Positions 52,201 through 62,354 of a stretch of 64,000 bases of DNA are shown piece by piece. Every line of letters starts with the position of its first letter. The stretch's first letter is position 1. The notes under the pieces were generated by a model. It was not told where the DNA came from and ran no database searches. It saw nothing but the letters and a program-made list of their open reading frames with translations. The position numbers were made by a program, and so were the translations under genes. Source of the stretch: Verrucomicrobiota bacterium (lineage in GTDB: Bacteria; Verrucomicrobiota; Verrucomicrobiia; Opitutales; Seribacteraceae); contig JAYZJX010000088.1 in NCBI GenBank assembly GCA_036164015.1, positions 2,670-66,669 of the forward strand, in the 5' to 3' direction.

Positions 52201-55200
52201 ATGATCCGCGATAAGATTTAATTCTTCAATAAGTTCCTCTTGTTTTTCGATGGCTTGATTTGTTGAATTTTCGATTTCTTCCTGATTCTGACTCTGTAAT
52301 GTATTACTCAGTTTCTCTACGATTTCTGATTCCGTCTCTTCTACCAATGCAGCTGCATCGTCAGAGTCCCTTGCTAATTCCCTGCCTTGCTCATCAAGCA
52401 GATTTTGAATATTTGCTTCTTGTCTAAGGGCTTGGGCAAAATTTTCCACAGAGTCACTAATTTGCTGTTGTTCTTGATTCAGTTTATTTAGATCCTCTTT
52501 TTTATCAGCCAATGTTTGATTGGCATCGTCTTTAATTTCTTGAGTTTTTTCTTTTTGTTTTTCGGTTTCAAGTGCAAGTCCTCTGGCTAATTCAGCAAGA
52601 GTGGGAGCGTTTTGATTTATAAATGAACGGGCTTCGCGAACATCATCTTTTAATAATGAGATAATTTTCTGTAGGTCCTGAAACACTAGATTTGCGTCTT
52701 CGATCATAATCGTGATTTCCTTTCGATCGAATTTCAGGCGATGTTGCATTTCTCTTACAATATTTTTTCTGTACTGTTGGTTGGGAAGTTTTTTCATGAT
52801 CTCAATTACTTCTTTGGAAAGTCTCATGCGATGCATACTGTCCAGTATTGGTTTCCATATCGCTTCTGCTCGGCCCCATTGTCTTGCACATTCAGCTCCT
52901 TGCCAAGAAGTGGGTTTCGAGTTTTCCTTCCTCATGAAAAATATAATTTGATTAGCCGAGCCAATCAGATGGTGTTGTAAGAGAAGGAGATCAAATGAAG
53001 TTCCTATCTTGGATGACTTTTCGGCGAGCTCATCAAAATTTTCGTTATTACGAATATCCTGTTGTATTTTAATTAGAGCTCTTCCGGTTTGTCCTGCATC
53101 TTTCACAAACAAGGCATTTTGATCTTTTCTGGATTGCTCAACTTCAGAGAGCATCATGGTTTCGGCAACGACAATATCAGTTTCTGAAAGAACTTCACTT
53201 ACGACCTGTTCCATTTTGTCTGGCTTTGCTTGATCAATCTTCTTCCATTTTTTATTGAGTTCATCCCAAAACATATGGTTGCGATTTAGATTCCAATAAA
53301 GTTCCTCCGATTTTAGACGGAATGATTCTCGTGATTTGGATGCTAATTTTTGTCCTGTTTCCTTAAGAATGTTTTGGATGATTTTCTCCCAGTCTAAAAT
53401 TTGCTTTTGAAGTGTTTTTCTATCTCCGTCAAATTCACCTAGAGATTGTTGTAATTTTAATTGTTCGGATTTAATTTTCTTTAAGGCAGATGAGCGTTGC
53501 CAGTCCCGTGAATAGGATAGGCTTTTAGAAACGGGTTCCCATTGGCTAAGTGCCACCTCCTGCCTGCGGACTATAAATGGAATGGCCTTTCTCTCTTCAG
53601 CATTGTTAACCAATTCTTTTTGTCTTTTAAGAAGTGATTTAAGGTAAGAAACTGCCACTGTTTCAGCATGTTGATTGAGTAAATCCTGTGAGACATTACG
53701 GAAATTTCCCAACATGGATATCCTTCGGCTTAAAACTTTTCGTGTGAGTTCACTTGTGCGAGTGCGAATTTGATTCGTTTCAGTACTTTTTTCTATATTT
53801 TCAATCAATTTTCTCCAAGTGGTGCCTAAAGTATGAAGAATTTGTCCTTCTGCCTGTGCTAAAATGGATAACTGAAATGAATCAGCACCCCTTGGCATCG
53901 AAACCAAAGATCTAATGGTATTTTCGTACGCATCTTGTGCAGTGGTAATAAATTCGCTTTCTGCCTGATTCCCCTTTTCAAGAAAAACGCTTAGATCTTT
54001 CTTATTTTGCTGAAAATCCTTTAAAGAACGTTGGAAGTTTTTCTGCATTTGTTGCGACTCTTCACGCATTACATCGAAATGCTCAAGAACCATTGCCTTC
54101 TTTTCCAATAGATTGAGGCTACTGAGTTCAAAATCTCGTGAGATAACCGACAACTCAATTGTTTCTGTTTCCGAATTAGTTCCCTTTAAATCTCTGGCTC
54201 TCAATTTAAGCAAAGCTTGGGTTCCCGGTTTAAATTTGTGTAAAAGCAAGTCCAGGTTGAAGTTAATTGCCACTGAATTTTTACCACGAGTGTCAAGCAT
54301 GTTGGGGATGGTAAATGCTTCCCATTTACCCTGGTTTTTTTTGATAAGATATTCGACACGGGCTAAACCGAGATCATCCTGAGCAAGTGCAGAGAAACTG
54401 AGCAGATCACTTGGTGCCACAAGTAGCTTTCTTTCGGTAGGTTCGACCCATTGTACTAAAGGTGCTAAATCTGGCTTCACTGTAATTTGGAAATTGGAAG
54501 AGGGTTTCCCTTCCCAACCCAGTTGTTCATCAATGAGATTTTTCACCCTGTATGACCCCGGATGGGTCATTCGTATAGAAGTGGGTAGAATATTCTTTTC
54601 TGTATCAGGTTCTAATTGACGTAATTCTCCAGGTTTTTCGACCCATTGGAATTCCAGTTTTCCAGATTTTAATGGTCGGTTAGCAATCAGTGAGAGTTTT
54701 ACAGTCGTACCTTCCCATGCTTCCAAGTCACCGTGATCATCAATTGTTTCAATTGATTTAAGCTCGGAATATTCAGGAAATTCAAAAGTCTTTTTAAAAC
54801 TTTTAATAAAAGGTCGGGCACCAACATCCATTTTCCGCCATTCTGTTTGGGGTGCTTGGTCAACAAGGATTCGATACTCAAATGCTTCGTTACCCACATT
54901 ATAATCCACGAAGAATTTTTCGGGACTTCTCTTACTCAGGGTGACATCTTTATTTTCTTTCTTAGTTTTGGTCTCGAGGGTAATCTCCTTGAAGGTTTTA
55001 TCTGCTTTTTTCGGTTTTATTAAGGTAACAAATCTAAGTGGTTCATTGCTTGGTGTGCGGGTAACATTTTCATCAGGTGAGAGAATACGAACATCATAAT
55101 AGCTTACAGGGGGAAGGTTCGACCCCGGCATAATTGCTCTTTGCATGAGTAATTTAAAATCACTTCCGAAATCTGGAATCTGCATTAATGCAATGGTTAA

Positions 55201-55689
55201 GGCAATCAAGCCCGCAGTTCCTCGTAACCAGTATTTAAGAGTACCTAGAGGAAGAACATTTTTGATGTCTATCTTGCTTGCTTTTGTCGATGCTTGGCGT
55301 TGAACCAGTTTCCTGAAAATTTCAGAATCAGTGGATGACTGATTTGAAATTCCCAACTCTACTGCGGACAGTAAATCCTCCCTTAAATCTGGAGATGATT
55401 GTTCAAGAAGTCGGGCCAGTTTCTTTGAACTAGGAAGTTGCAATAAAGGACCTACACAAGTTTTCCAAAGTAGGGCTATAACCAAGAAGTAACCAATGAA
55501 TGAAAGCCCACTTCTTAAATCGCCCGACATTCGACCTTCGGTAAGATAATCAATTAGGGCAATTAAGACAAAAGTTCCGAGGAAACTGAGAACACCGGAA
55601 CAGAGCCCTCGTAACAAAATAAGATTTCTTCTTCGCAATCGAAAATCATCTAATTTACGGGTGATAATTGGATCCAATTCAGTATTCAT
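49267..55689 (-). CDS. Giant (~2140 aa) membrane-anchored coiled-coil protein (DUF4175-like architecture)
   Basis: Three N-terminal TMs, Ig-like beta domains (DDLGL motif), >1200 aa E/Q/A/L heptad-rich region, C-terminal WGKLP...YRxQVQAYF motif; ATG 55689. Confidence 0.8.
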   Translation of the reverse strand: MNTELDPIITRKLDDFRLRRRNLILLRGLCSGVLSFLGTFVLIALIDYLTEGRMSGDLRSGLSFIGYFLVIALLWKTCVGPLLQLPSSKKLARLLEQSSPDLREDLLSAVELGISNQSSTDSEIFRKLVQRQASTKASKIDIKNVLPLGTLKYWLRGTAGLIALTIALMQIPDFGSDFKLLMQRAIMPGSNLPPVSYYDVRILSPDENVTRTPSNEPLRFVTLIKPKKADKTFKEITLETKTKKENKDVTLSKRSPEKFFVDYNVGNEAFEYRILVDQAPQTEWRKMDVGARPFIKSFKKTFEFPEYSELKSIETIDDHGDLEAWEGTTVKLSLIANRPLKSGKLEFQWVEKPGELRQLEPDTEKNILPTSIRMTHPGSYRVKNLIDEQLGWEGKPSSNFQITVKPDLAPLVQWVEPTERKLLVAPSDLLSFSALAQDDLGLARVEYLIKKNQGKWEAFTIPNMLDTRGKNSVAINFNLDLLLHKFKPGTQALLKLRARDLKGTNSETETIELSVISRDFELSSLNLLEKKAMVLEHFDVMREESQQMQKNFQRSLKDFQQNKKDLSVFLEKGNQAESEFITTAQDAYENTIRSLVSMPRGADSFQLSILAQAEGQILHTLGTTWRKLIENIEKSTETNQIRTRTSELTRKVLSRRISMLGNFRNVSQDLLNQHAETVAVSYLKSLLKRQKELVNNAEERKAIPFIVRRQEVALSQWEPVSKSLSYSRDWQRSSALKKIKSEQLKLQQSLGEFDGDRKTLQKQILDWEKIIQNILKETGQKLASKSRESFRLKSEELYWNLNRNHMFWDELNKKWKKIDQAKPDKMEQVVSEVLSETDIVVAETMMLSEVEQSRKDQNALFVKDAGQTGRALIKIQQDIRNNENFDELAEKSSKIGTSFDLLLLQHHLIGSANQIIFFMRKENSKPTSWQGAECARQWGRAEAIWKPILDSMHRMRLSKEVIEIMKKLPNQQYRKNIVREMQHRLKFDRKEITIMIEDANLVFQDLQKIISLLKDDVREARSFINQNAPTLAELARGLALETEKQKEKTQEIKDDANQTLADKKEDLNKLNQEQQQISDSVENFAQALRQEANIQNLLDEQGRELARDSDDAAALVEETESEIVEKLSNTLQSQNQEEIENSTNQAIEKQEELIEELNLIADHFEKLDKEESVAETRAELRNLEESLEMSEEIEEQYAQAERLADLAQLAPEELLEELIEELDQNQVMQHELSDLAQETVEEAKEELEQALTEEENLIDELEKEDQEIQKQKKELAKKLEELAKETQKLAEQKIEPVQEQAEKAQATTAVEIAEEVMEALDETGEKVQDLAKEKPDTQELKNAASELAESLKNASDELGDLSEDLAEQADITPEQAEKKATQTEEIAKNALAQAESLQKDADLKNEEAQNAQQQSLLEKLEEDKIKEKLSAVEQELAQAEKKSNEQPDDPNTKEKFDEAKEEFAELTEDLKEAKQESSEAQKIAEELQEKAKLAQADVDIANEKAEEALTQAEEAKQIAEAIAEQGEQEANAQASKKGSELADEAAQQALDLQQQAEALAEALDQLTESAEGNQELLADAKEAQQQIAEELFDTSQDLARAARHEERLENQEASDVLESLAESTEDAALNQIQETAQSLENQALANELQDLAASASDLAEELNQSKPEGDEQVAEDLADSASEIEGALEDQPSFTELQKQAEEFSEQANQAEQELNQLAEDLAVEAESAQEAAKSTAEAAMEAKAEMLEASNDAKQAKQLAENLEKNADLVAQAAQEGSASSQQADEVASEAQSAKEEAEQLASLAEAAGENLENAQELANSAQQAAKLAEEESVQASQQAEMASNLANAAEQLLEDFPEPFSPDLIEENLPGAAMALNEASDTLESQVEALENLQSGEPINPESISSNNPSEQGSSEFANLPAEDTDSTDFPFSSSTPFTNAEVSEVLAQTLDSLDQAIFENENPFTESQGEVAEATSSSEIAQGEQTGSENTPGEFSGEPNELPGEPIPGTGPGTGGSGQQSAMATPIEAMAFALQSLQLATEAHAQAMAQQRSKIIMSDTQGNQMNSSDGEYQVAPVAEVGDLPDFDQTEEDDWGKLPPRLAKDLLEAKRERVSENYRNQVQAYFQAMANKARTTKK

Positions 55690-55714
55690 ATCTAGTTTTC
55701 TATGTGTGATGTGA

Positions 55715-58700
55715 TTACAGCATACCGGCACGTTTTCGCAGAAACATTTCCAAGCCTAAGATAAAGACAACGAAAATAAGCCACCCAAAGCTTTGCCAAA
55801 GAATAATTTCTGTTATAACAACTCTGCCTGAACTGATTGGACGAAGTGCGTCTTTCAGTTCCTTAAAATTTTCTTCGCGAAAAAAACTACCCCCTGAGAT
55901 CTCGGACATTTCCGCAAGAAGATTTTCATCACAGGTTAGGAAGTCTTTTTCCTTATTTGCTTCAGGCCTCACATTAAACCTTAATCTTTGATCTGAGAAT
56001 TCCATTTCATCGAGTATTCCAGGTGCCCTGACTGACATTTCATAGGAATCAGGATCTAGGCCAAAAACCTCACCAGCAAAAAGTCCATTGCTTGAATCTG
56101 TACCTGTTAGAGGAATGGTTGCCACCACTTGTTCTCCTTTCCATATAAGTGCATCCACATCGGGATAGGGTGGCTCGGGTGCCTTCCCTTCGTTATCACG
56201 CAGTCGGACCCGAAGGGGGATCGCTTTACCAGGATCATGATTTCCACCACCGGCATCCATTGACAATTGATTCTGATTTAATGCAAAAGGTCTTTCCATG
56301 ATGATGGCCAAGAGTTGATTCCAAAATCTTTGATGGTAAAGATCTGCCACTTCGTACCTCCATCGCCATGTCTCATCGAAGCCCATGTAAAAACACTTTC
56401 CTGCACCAGCTAGTTTCCCTGCAATCACAGGAATATGACTTTTAGATGATTGGTTGTTGTCGACAGCATTGATGGTCACGGAAAGGAAAACTTCTGATCC
56501 GGGTAATGACTCGGCAGAAGATGCCCACGCAGGAAGCGGCAGGTGTTTCCACACTTCTTCATTTCGCTCATCCACCGGATCCATTGTAAGTGCACTCAGT
56601 CGGTTTTCTTTCTGCGGGCGGATGTAAGAAGTTGGACTTACGAGTAATGGACCCTTCTTTCTCCAGGAGACTGGAAAAAGCTTGCTTACGGGGTATTGTT
56701 CTTGATTTTGAAAAGAACGGAGTTTCTGCCTTGGACCATCTATAAAAAGAATTCCACCAGCCCGTTGAGTAACGAAATCAACGATCCAGTTTTGCTCTTC
56801 GATTGAAAATTCTTCGGATGTAACCTCTCCGAATAGGATTAAATCAAATTTAAGAAGTTCTTTTTTGGAAGATGGAAATTCACCAATTTCATCGCCCCGT
56901 GGTATTTTCTGGCCTTTAGATGAAGCTCTTCCCCATACACATGAAACTTCCCAACGTTCATCTCGTTCAAATAGGTTATTCAAGTATCGGGTTTCCCAGC
57001 GTGGTCTGCTATCCAGAATCAATAATTGATTTTTTCTCCTGCTTGCATCAATTGAAAAGCTTAACTGGTTGTTCTCGGTTTCCGTTTCATTCTCGATGGG
57101 ATCGACTATTACTTGAAAAGAGAGGGGAATGGTGCGTATTGCTTCCTTTTCAGATTCAGGAAAATTTTCTAATCTTCTATCCACAATGGGCTTGGTAGGG
57201 AAATCAAATCCAATTTGGCTGATTCCGTTTTCCATTCCAACCATGGTTTTTCCCCAAACATGCTCACCGGTGGAATCTTTAATGGAAATGTTATATTCAG
57301 TCCCCGGAGTAAGATCGTCTTTAATTGATAGGATTCCACGGATGCGGTCTTCCTGATATACAGAATCGGGAACTAGTGTCTGCAGAAGAGCGAGATCAAT
57401 AGGTTTTTGATTGCTACCGAAACCTACGGTAAAAATAGGGAGATTACGAACAGAGAGAAGCTTGGCGGTTTCCAAGGGAGAGTTTTCACGATTATGTCCA
57501 CCATCACTTATCAATACTGCAGCTCCACGGGTTGTGGTTGTGTTGTCCTCGTTTTCTTGATCTGCAACTCGAAGTGAACTCAATATTCCCTGAGAAAGGT
57601 CAGTGTAGGGTGATTGCGGGGTAAAATTTGTATCAAATTGATTTGTTTCCGAAAAATTATCCCAAATAATCTCAGTTGCATTTTCCGAAAGATTTCGGAT
57701 TTCTAGAATGTGAGTGTCACGAAATTCTTCCAGTATGCCATTGGTCGGATTAGCCAATAAACGGGTAGCTCGCTCCATTCTGGAAAAGTTTTCGAGATTG
57801 TTCATCGCTTCATTGAGTGGAATTATATTTTGATTTAATAAGGACTGGGCATATGCATCAAACTTTTCCATCAATAGGAATGAGTACTCTGTCGCTTCAA
57901 CCGCAAGGTTATCAAAGGCAGTTCTTTCCAATTCAGAATTTGGGCGGAGAATACTATCGAATTTCCGCTTGATTTCTGCCTGCAGATTTAATTCGACAGG
58001 CGAATCTTTAGAGCTGAGGGGTGCTGAAAAGTATTTGCCATTGATAGGATTTTCTTGCTTTCCGGAAGGCAGTTTCCACCCAACTGCACAAAAATCTTCT
58101 CCTCCGCCTTCTTTATGAATAATCTGAATTTCATAAATATTTTCTTTCCTGAGAAATATTTTCGCACTGCTTACACTTTGATTCCAATTATATCCAGTAT
58201 ATGAATCGACTTCTGTGATTGTTCTAAAATTTTTTGAACCTGTTTGAGCCATCTGCAATATTGATGAATCGTCTGAGATAAGCTTAAATATATATTCTCC
58301 ATCTTCAGGAGGTCGGAGGAACGCTCGGATTTTACGTGCATAAGAATCTCCAACATCTCGCTTTGTTTCAAAGCTTGATAGGTAGGAGTACTGATCTGGT
58401 TTTTCTTCAACAAATCTTTTTACATTAATAACATCCTTCCAATTATCGCCTCCCAGATTGAACCACAATTCTTCGAGCAAAGAATTTTCTTTAGTGGTCT
58501 GAGAAAAAGTATCCTTCTGCTCCCCAAGTATTTTAAGGACAGTGGATAATTGATCTTGACTGGATTTGATGACATTACTTTTCGTTGTGTCACCCGCTTT
58601 TCTAAGAAGGTCAGCCAAATTTTCCATTTTACGGCTAGCTGTTGCAAATCTGTAATCAATCAGATCAAATTCTTCCGGCAGAAAGCCATGTTCTTTGGCT

Positions 58701-59026
58701 AGGAGGATTTTTCTTCCCGGGCTGTAATTTTTGTCTTTCAAATTCATACTCTCAGATGAATCAAGAAAAACTGTGATCTTTCCCCGGTTCCCCTCTTCTC
58801 TTTTGAGTTGGAGCACAGGTCCAGCCAGAGTTAGGACTATAGCTGCTAGGGCAAGGCACCTAAGGGACGGTAGCAACCACCGTAGTCTGCCGGTTGTTCC
58901 GCGCTTAGCTTCCTTCCTATAAATCCAGGCTGCTAATAGGAGCAAGAGAAAGGCTAATACAGCAGTTTGCCACAATGGCCATTCACCTGCCCATAAAAGT
59001 CGAATTTTTTCTTGCTCAAAATTCAT
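55715..59026 (-). CDS. Membrane protein: vWA-like domain with inserted PA14 domain, Ig-like and glutamine-amidotransferase-like (DUF1355-type) domains
   Basis: DSSESM and LISDGGHN MIDAS-like motifs; PA14 YARKIRAFLRPPEDGEYIFKLISDDSS...HKEGGGED; RPRWETRYL; ETWRWR; terminal TM + LRKRAGML; ATG 59026 overlaps the upstream stop. Confidence 0.82.
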   Translation of the reverse strand: MNFEQEKIRLLWAGEWPLWQTAVLAFLLLLLAAWIYRKEAKRGTTGRLRWLLPSLRCLALAAIVLTLAGPVLQLKREEGNRGKITVFLDSSESMNLKDKNYSPGRKILLAKEHGFLPEEFDLIDYRFATASRKMENLADLLRKAGDTTKSNVIKSSQDQLSTVLKILGEQKDTFSQTTKENSLLEELWFNLGGDNWKDVINVKRFVEEKPDQYSYLSSFETKRDVGDSYARKIRAFLRPPEDGEYIFKLISDDSSILQMAQTGSKNFRTITEVDSYTGYNWNQSVSSAKIFLRKENIYEIQIIHKEGGGEDFCAVGWKLPSGKQENPINGKYFSAPLSSKDSPVELNLQAEIKRKFDSILRPNSELERTAFDNLAVEATEYSFLLMEKFDAYAQSLLNQNIIPLNEAMNNLENFSRMERATRLLANPTNGILEEFRDTHILEIRNLSENATEIIWDNFSETNQFDTNFTPQSPYTDLSQGILSSLRVADQENEDNTTTTRGAAVLISDGGHNRENSPLETAKLLSVRNLPIFTVGFGSNQKPIDLALLQTLVPDSVYQEDRIRGILSIKDDLTPGTEYNISIKDSTGEHVWGKTMVGMENGISQIGFDFPTKPIVDRRLENFPESEKEAIRTIPLSFQVIVDPIENETETENNQLSFSIDASRRKNQLLILDSRPRWETRYLNNLFERDERWEVSCVWGRASSKGQKIPRGDEIGEFPSSKKELLKFDLILFGEVTSEEFSIEEQNWIVDFVTQRAGGILFIDGPRQKLRSFQNQEQYPVSKLFPVSWRKKGPLLVSPTSYIRPQKENRLSALTMDPVDERNEEVWKHLPLPAWASSAESLPGSEVFLSVTINAVDNNQSSKSHIPVIAGKLAGAGKCFYMGFDETWRWRYEVADLYHQRFWNQLLAIIMERPFALNQNQLSMDAGGGNHDPGKAIPLRVRLRDNEGKAPEPPYPDVDALIWKGEQVVATIPLTGTDSSNGLFAGEVFGLDPDSYEMSVRAPGILDEMEFSDQRLRFNVRPEANKEKDFLTCDENLLAEMSEISGGSFFREENFKELKDALRPISSGRVVITEIILWQSFGWLIFVVFILGLEMFLRKRAGML

Positions 59027-61416
59027 CGAGCTTTCCTTCCGAATCGTCTCAATAAGATGATTTCCATGAAAACAAGTCCAAGAACAGTGGCGAGGAGAAT
59101 TTGCCATGTTTCCCGACCAAATTTTCTTCGACTGTCCATAGATAGATATGATTCCCAGCCTTTACCTTCCCGTCCATCTAATCGAACCACATTATCGGCG
59201 AGGGCAGTGGCAGTAGACACAATTTCATTCTCGGGAGCTTTCTCCAAAAATGATTCATCAACGGAGGGAAGAACCACAAACTTAGAGACGATACTTTCGG
59301 GATCAGACAACTCATAGGTTCCAGGTAATCTCGTCTCGGTAAATTCAAGAATATAACGATCTTTTCTTTTTCGCGGAACTAACTTTCGCGATGATCCGTT
59401 CGGAAGAGCTAGGCTAAACTCGAGATCTTTTTCATTCTCTTTTAGATAATGAGTTATAGGTAAGCCTGACTCTACTGTTCTTGGGGGTAATACTTTTTCA
59501 GAAAGATAAGATGTAATTTGCTGAGTAAAGGGAAGGTAGCTTGGTCGTGCCGGAAAATTTGTCCAATCTGTGTCAATTGATGTTCCCCAAACCATAACCA
59601 CTCCTTTACCAAATCTTTTCTCTGCAAGAATGGGTTGCCCATTTATAAGTCTTGCAAGAATAGTAACCTTAGGGTCATTTCTCACTTTCGACTCATCCAT
59701 AACAATCCACTTCTTAATCTGTGCCGCAGCGAGACTTCCGTTACGAGGATCATTGAACATGGATAGGGCGGGATGCTCAAAATAAGAACTGGAAATCTTG
59801 GAATAAGTCAGCTCGTTTTGCAAATTTCCCTGTGTTCCTTTGATGGGCATGGGTAAAAAATTGCTTCCCGTTGACCCCCAGGTGTTATTGTACCATTCAA
59901 TTTGCATTTGATTTCCCGAACATATTAGTACCCCTCCACCGTTTTGGGTAAAAACTTCGATCTCTTTAGCCTTTTCAGCTTCCAGGCTTTGAAGATTACT
60001 GAGAATGATGAGACTGTATTCAGAAAGTGAATTTATCTTGTTGAATTCATCCGAAGTTAGGGAGATTGCATTTATCAAGTCTTTCATTTCCCCACCTTTT
60101 GTAACCGATTCTTTAGAATTTTTTTCCTTACTTTCTTCAAAAGGTGTAAGGGCAAGCTTTAGGAAGTCAGTTTCTCCACGTAACCATTCTTCGGATGGAT
60201 CACCATCCACGAGTAGCACTTTTATTTGTTCAATAACACTAATGGCCGCACTCCTGCGGTTATCTTGCAATAGGTCATCAGAAATTTGAATTTCGGCATG
60301 CAGGACCTTGGGACCGGATGTTTTAAACTGATGGGTGAAAGCGACCTGAGCTGAAGCCAATGGTCCAACAGAAATAACCGCTTCATCAATTGCTGTTTCA
60401 TTCTGATCTGCAAATAACTTTACTTGTAAATTACCGTCGTATGTTTCCTCGCTGAAGTTACGAATGGTTGCACGAATAAGGACAGGGTGATTAACTCCGA
60501 TTGTTTGGGAGGATACCACAACTTCCTCGACGGATAAATTGCTCTGAACATCTCTGCCAAAATCTATCCAAGTTAATTCTGGGCTGTTGGAAGTGGAAGA
60601 TAATCTTTCGCGAAAAGCATCGACTGCTGTGCCGTCCCAGTTTAGCAAGTCTTGTTTTCTAAAATCAGAAAGTAGAATGATTTCTCGCTTAAGATTTTTG
60701 CCATCAGCAGTAATTGTAAGTGCTTGGTCAAGCCCGGCTAGTAAAGCTATACGGTCACCTTCAGCATTAAGGGTTTCAGTTCTAAGCCCTAGGGCATTTG
60801 GGTCTGAAGTTGGTTTATCAAAAACGGGAGCAGCGATTCCACCTAACTGAATGATGCTTGTTTCTGATTGCTGGTGCATATTTGAAAGATAGCCCGAGAT
60901 GAAATTCTTAGCTTTGGAAAACCCCCCTGCCGCGTTCATGGACAGGCTATCATCCAGTAATATCACGGTGCTCGCAGGTACATCTCCTGATGGTGCTGAA
61001 AGCTTTTGTTCTTTTCCCCAGTCCGGGAGAAGACCGAGGGCCCCGAGTGCTGTAGAAACAAGACATGCTAAGCTCAGAAATCCCCAAAAAATTCTGGTTC
61101 TCTGGGTGAATGCCATGAAGATTAAAAAGAGCAGAGCGGCTAGCGGTAGCAGTAAAAAGAAAAGAAATGAGTTCCAGTTCATTACCACCATTCTTGCAAG
61201 AGTGAGAGCGAGCAGAACAGGAATAGCACACCTGATAATCAGAATAATCAATTGTTCCAACTGAATTTGCTTTCGGTTTTTTCGTAGGACAGATTCAAGT
61301 AGATGGGAAGCTCCCCACTTTATAATTTTAAAACGGCTTCGGTTGAATAAATGAATTGTAAGGGGAACCAGTGCGGTCAAAGCCCCAAGTACCAATGCTC
61401 CGTTGAGAAAGCTCAC
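59023..61416 (-). CDS. BatA N-terminal domain + vWA + Ig-like membrane protein
   Basis: MSFLNG...PLTIHLFNRSR...WGA..L (BatA), LDDSLSM MIDAS, LLSDF, DNRR, terminal TM. Confidence 0.85.
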   Translation of the reverse strand: MSFLNGALVLGALTALVPLTIHLFNRSRFKIIKWGASHLLESVLRKNRKQIQLEQLIILIIRCAIPVLLALTLARMVVMNWNSFLFFLLLPLAALLFLIFMAFTQRTRIFWGFLSLACLVSTALGALGLLPDWGKEQKLSAPSGDVPASTVILLDDSLSMNAAGGFSKAKNFISGYLSNMHQQSETSIIQLGGIAAPVFDKPTSDPNALGLRTETLNAEGDRIALLAGLDQALTITADGKNLKREIILLSDFRKQDLLNWDGTAVDAFRERLSSTSNSPELTWIDFGRDVQSNLSVEEVVVSSQTIGVNHPVLIRATIRNFSEETYDGNLQVKLFADQNETAIDEAVISVGPLASAQVAFTHQFKTSGPKVLHAEIQISDDLLQDNRRSAAISVIEQIKVLLVDGDPSEEWLRGETDFLKLALTPFEESKEKNSKESVTKGGEMKDLINAISLTSDEFNKINSLSEYSLIILSNLQSLEAEKAKEIEVFTQNGGGVLICSGNQMQIEWYNNTWGSTGSNFLPMPIKGTQGNLQNELTYSKISSSYFEHPALSMFNDPRNGSLAAAQIKKWIVMDESKVRNDPKVTILARLINGQPILAEKRFGKGVVMVWGTSIDTDWTNFPARPSYLPFTQQITSYLSEKVLPPRTVESGLPITHYLKENEKDLEFSLALPNGSSRKLVPRKRKDRYILEFTETRLPGTYELSDPESIVSKFVVLPSVDESFLEKAPENEIVSTATALADNVVRLDGREGKGWESYLSMDSRRKFGRETWQILLATVLGLVFMEIILLRRFGRKAR

Positions 61417-62333
61417 AGGTGAACGGGCATTCCTGCTTTGCCGCGGGCGGCCAGAAAGGATGCTAATCCCTGAGCGTAGGGTTCATCCGTAGTCATGGGA
61501 AATAATTGTACCCTGTGTCGATGACATCCTTTGAGAAAGTCCGCTCGGTACTCCCTCAAATTCTCGAGATAAGCTTCCCTTAAATGTGCAGGATCAACTG
61601 TATGGCGAAGTGCGACATTTTCAAGGCAATCGAATCGCGTCCAGGAACGAAAAGGAAATTCTAGCTCATCTCGGTGCCAGATTTGAAAAACTACGACATC
61701 ATGTTTTGCATGGTTAAAATGAGCTAATCCTTTTAGGATCGATGGAATATCTCCAAAGCAATCGGAAATAATTACAACCATACCGCGCTTTTTGAGCTGT
61801 GGTGCAATTTCATGAAAAACTTTTCCAAGATCAGTTTCATCTCCTGTCGTTGTTGTACCAAGCAAGTCAATAATTTGACGGGTATGCGATGCTCCACCAC
61901 GTGGTGGGACCATTGAACGCACCGTTGTGTCGAAAGTAGTTAGGCCAACACTGTCCGTTTGGCGTAGGCAAAGATAGGCGAGGCAAGCTGCGAGTCGTGA
62001 CCCATATTCAATTTTACTTATGCCTTTCTCATCTTCGGATCCGTAAGACATAGAACCGCTGGCATCAAGGAGCAAATGACATCGAAGATTCGTTTCTTCT
62101 TCATATTCCCGAACATAAAATCTGTCTGTTTTTGCAAAAACTTTCCAATCCAACCTACGAATTTCGTCTCCAGGGGTGTAGGCACGGTGCTGCTTGAATT
62201 CAACGCTGAAACCCTTGTGGGGGGAACGGTGTAAACCTGAGCAGAATCCCTCAACTACCCTTTTTGCCAGAACCTGATGGTTGGCTAGTCGAGATAGGTC
62301 CTTAGGATCTAGAAAGTCGGTGATGTTTGCCAT
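61413..62333 (-). CDS. DUF58 protein
   Basis: GLHRSPHKGFSVEFKQHRAYTPGDEIRRLDWK, REYEEET, LDASGSM, ISDC. Confidence 0.92.
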   Translation of the reverse strand: MANITDFLDPKDLSRLANHQVLAKRVVEGFCSGLHRSPHKGFSVEFKQHRAYTPGDEIRRLDWKVFAKTDRFYVREYEEETNLRCHLLLDASGSMSYGSEDEKGISKIEYGSRLAACLAYLCLRQTDSVGLTTFDTTVRSMVPPRGGASHTRQIIDLLGTTTTGDETDLGKVFHEIAPQLKKRGMVVIISDCFGDIPSILKGLAHFNHAKHDVVVFQIWHRDELEFPFRSWTRFDCLENVALRHTVDPAHLREAYLENLREYRADFLKGCHRHRVQLFPMTTDEPYAQGLASFLAARGKAGMPVHL

Positions 62334-62354
62334 CCGAATTTATTGACGGACAGG

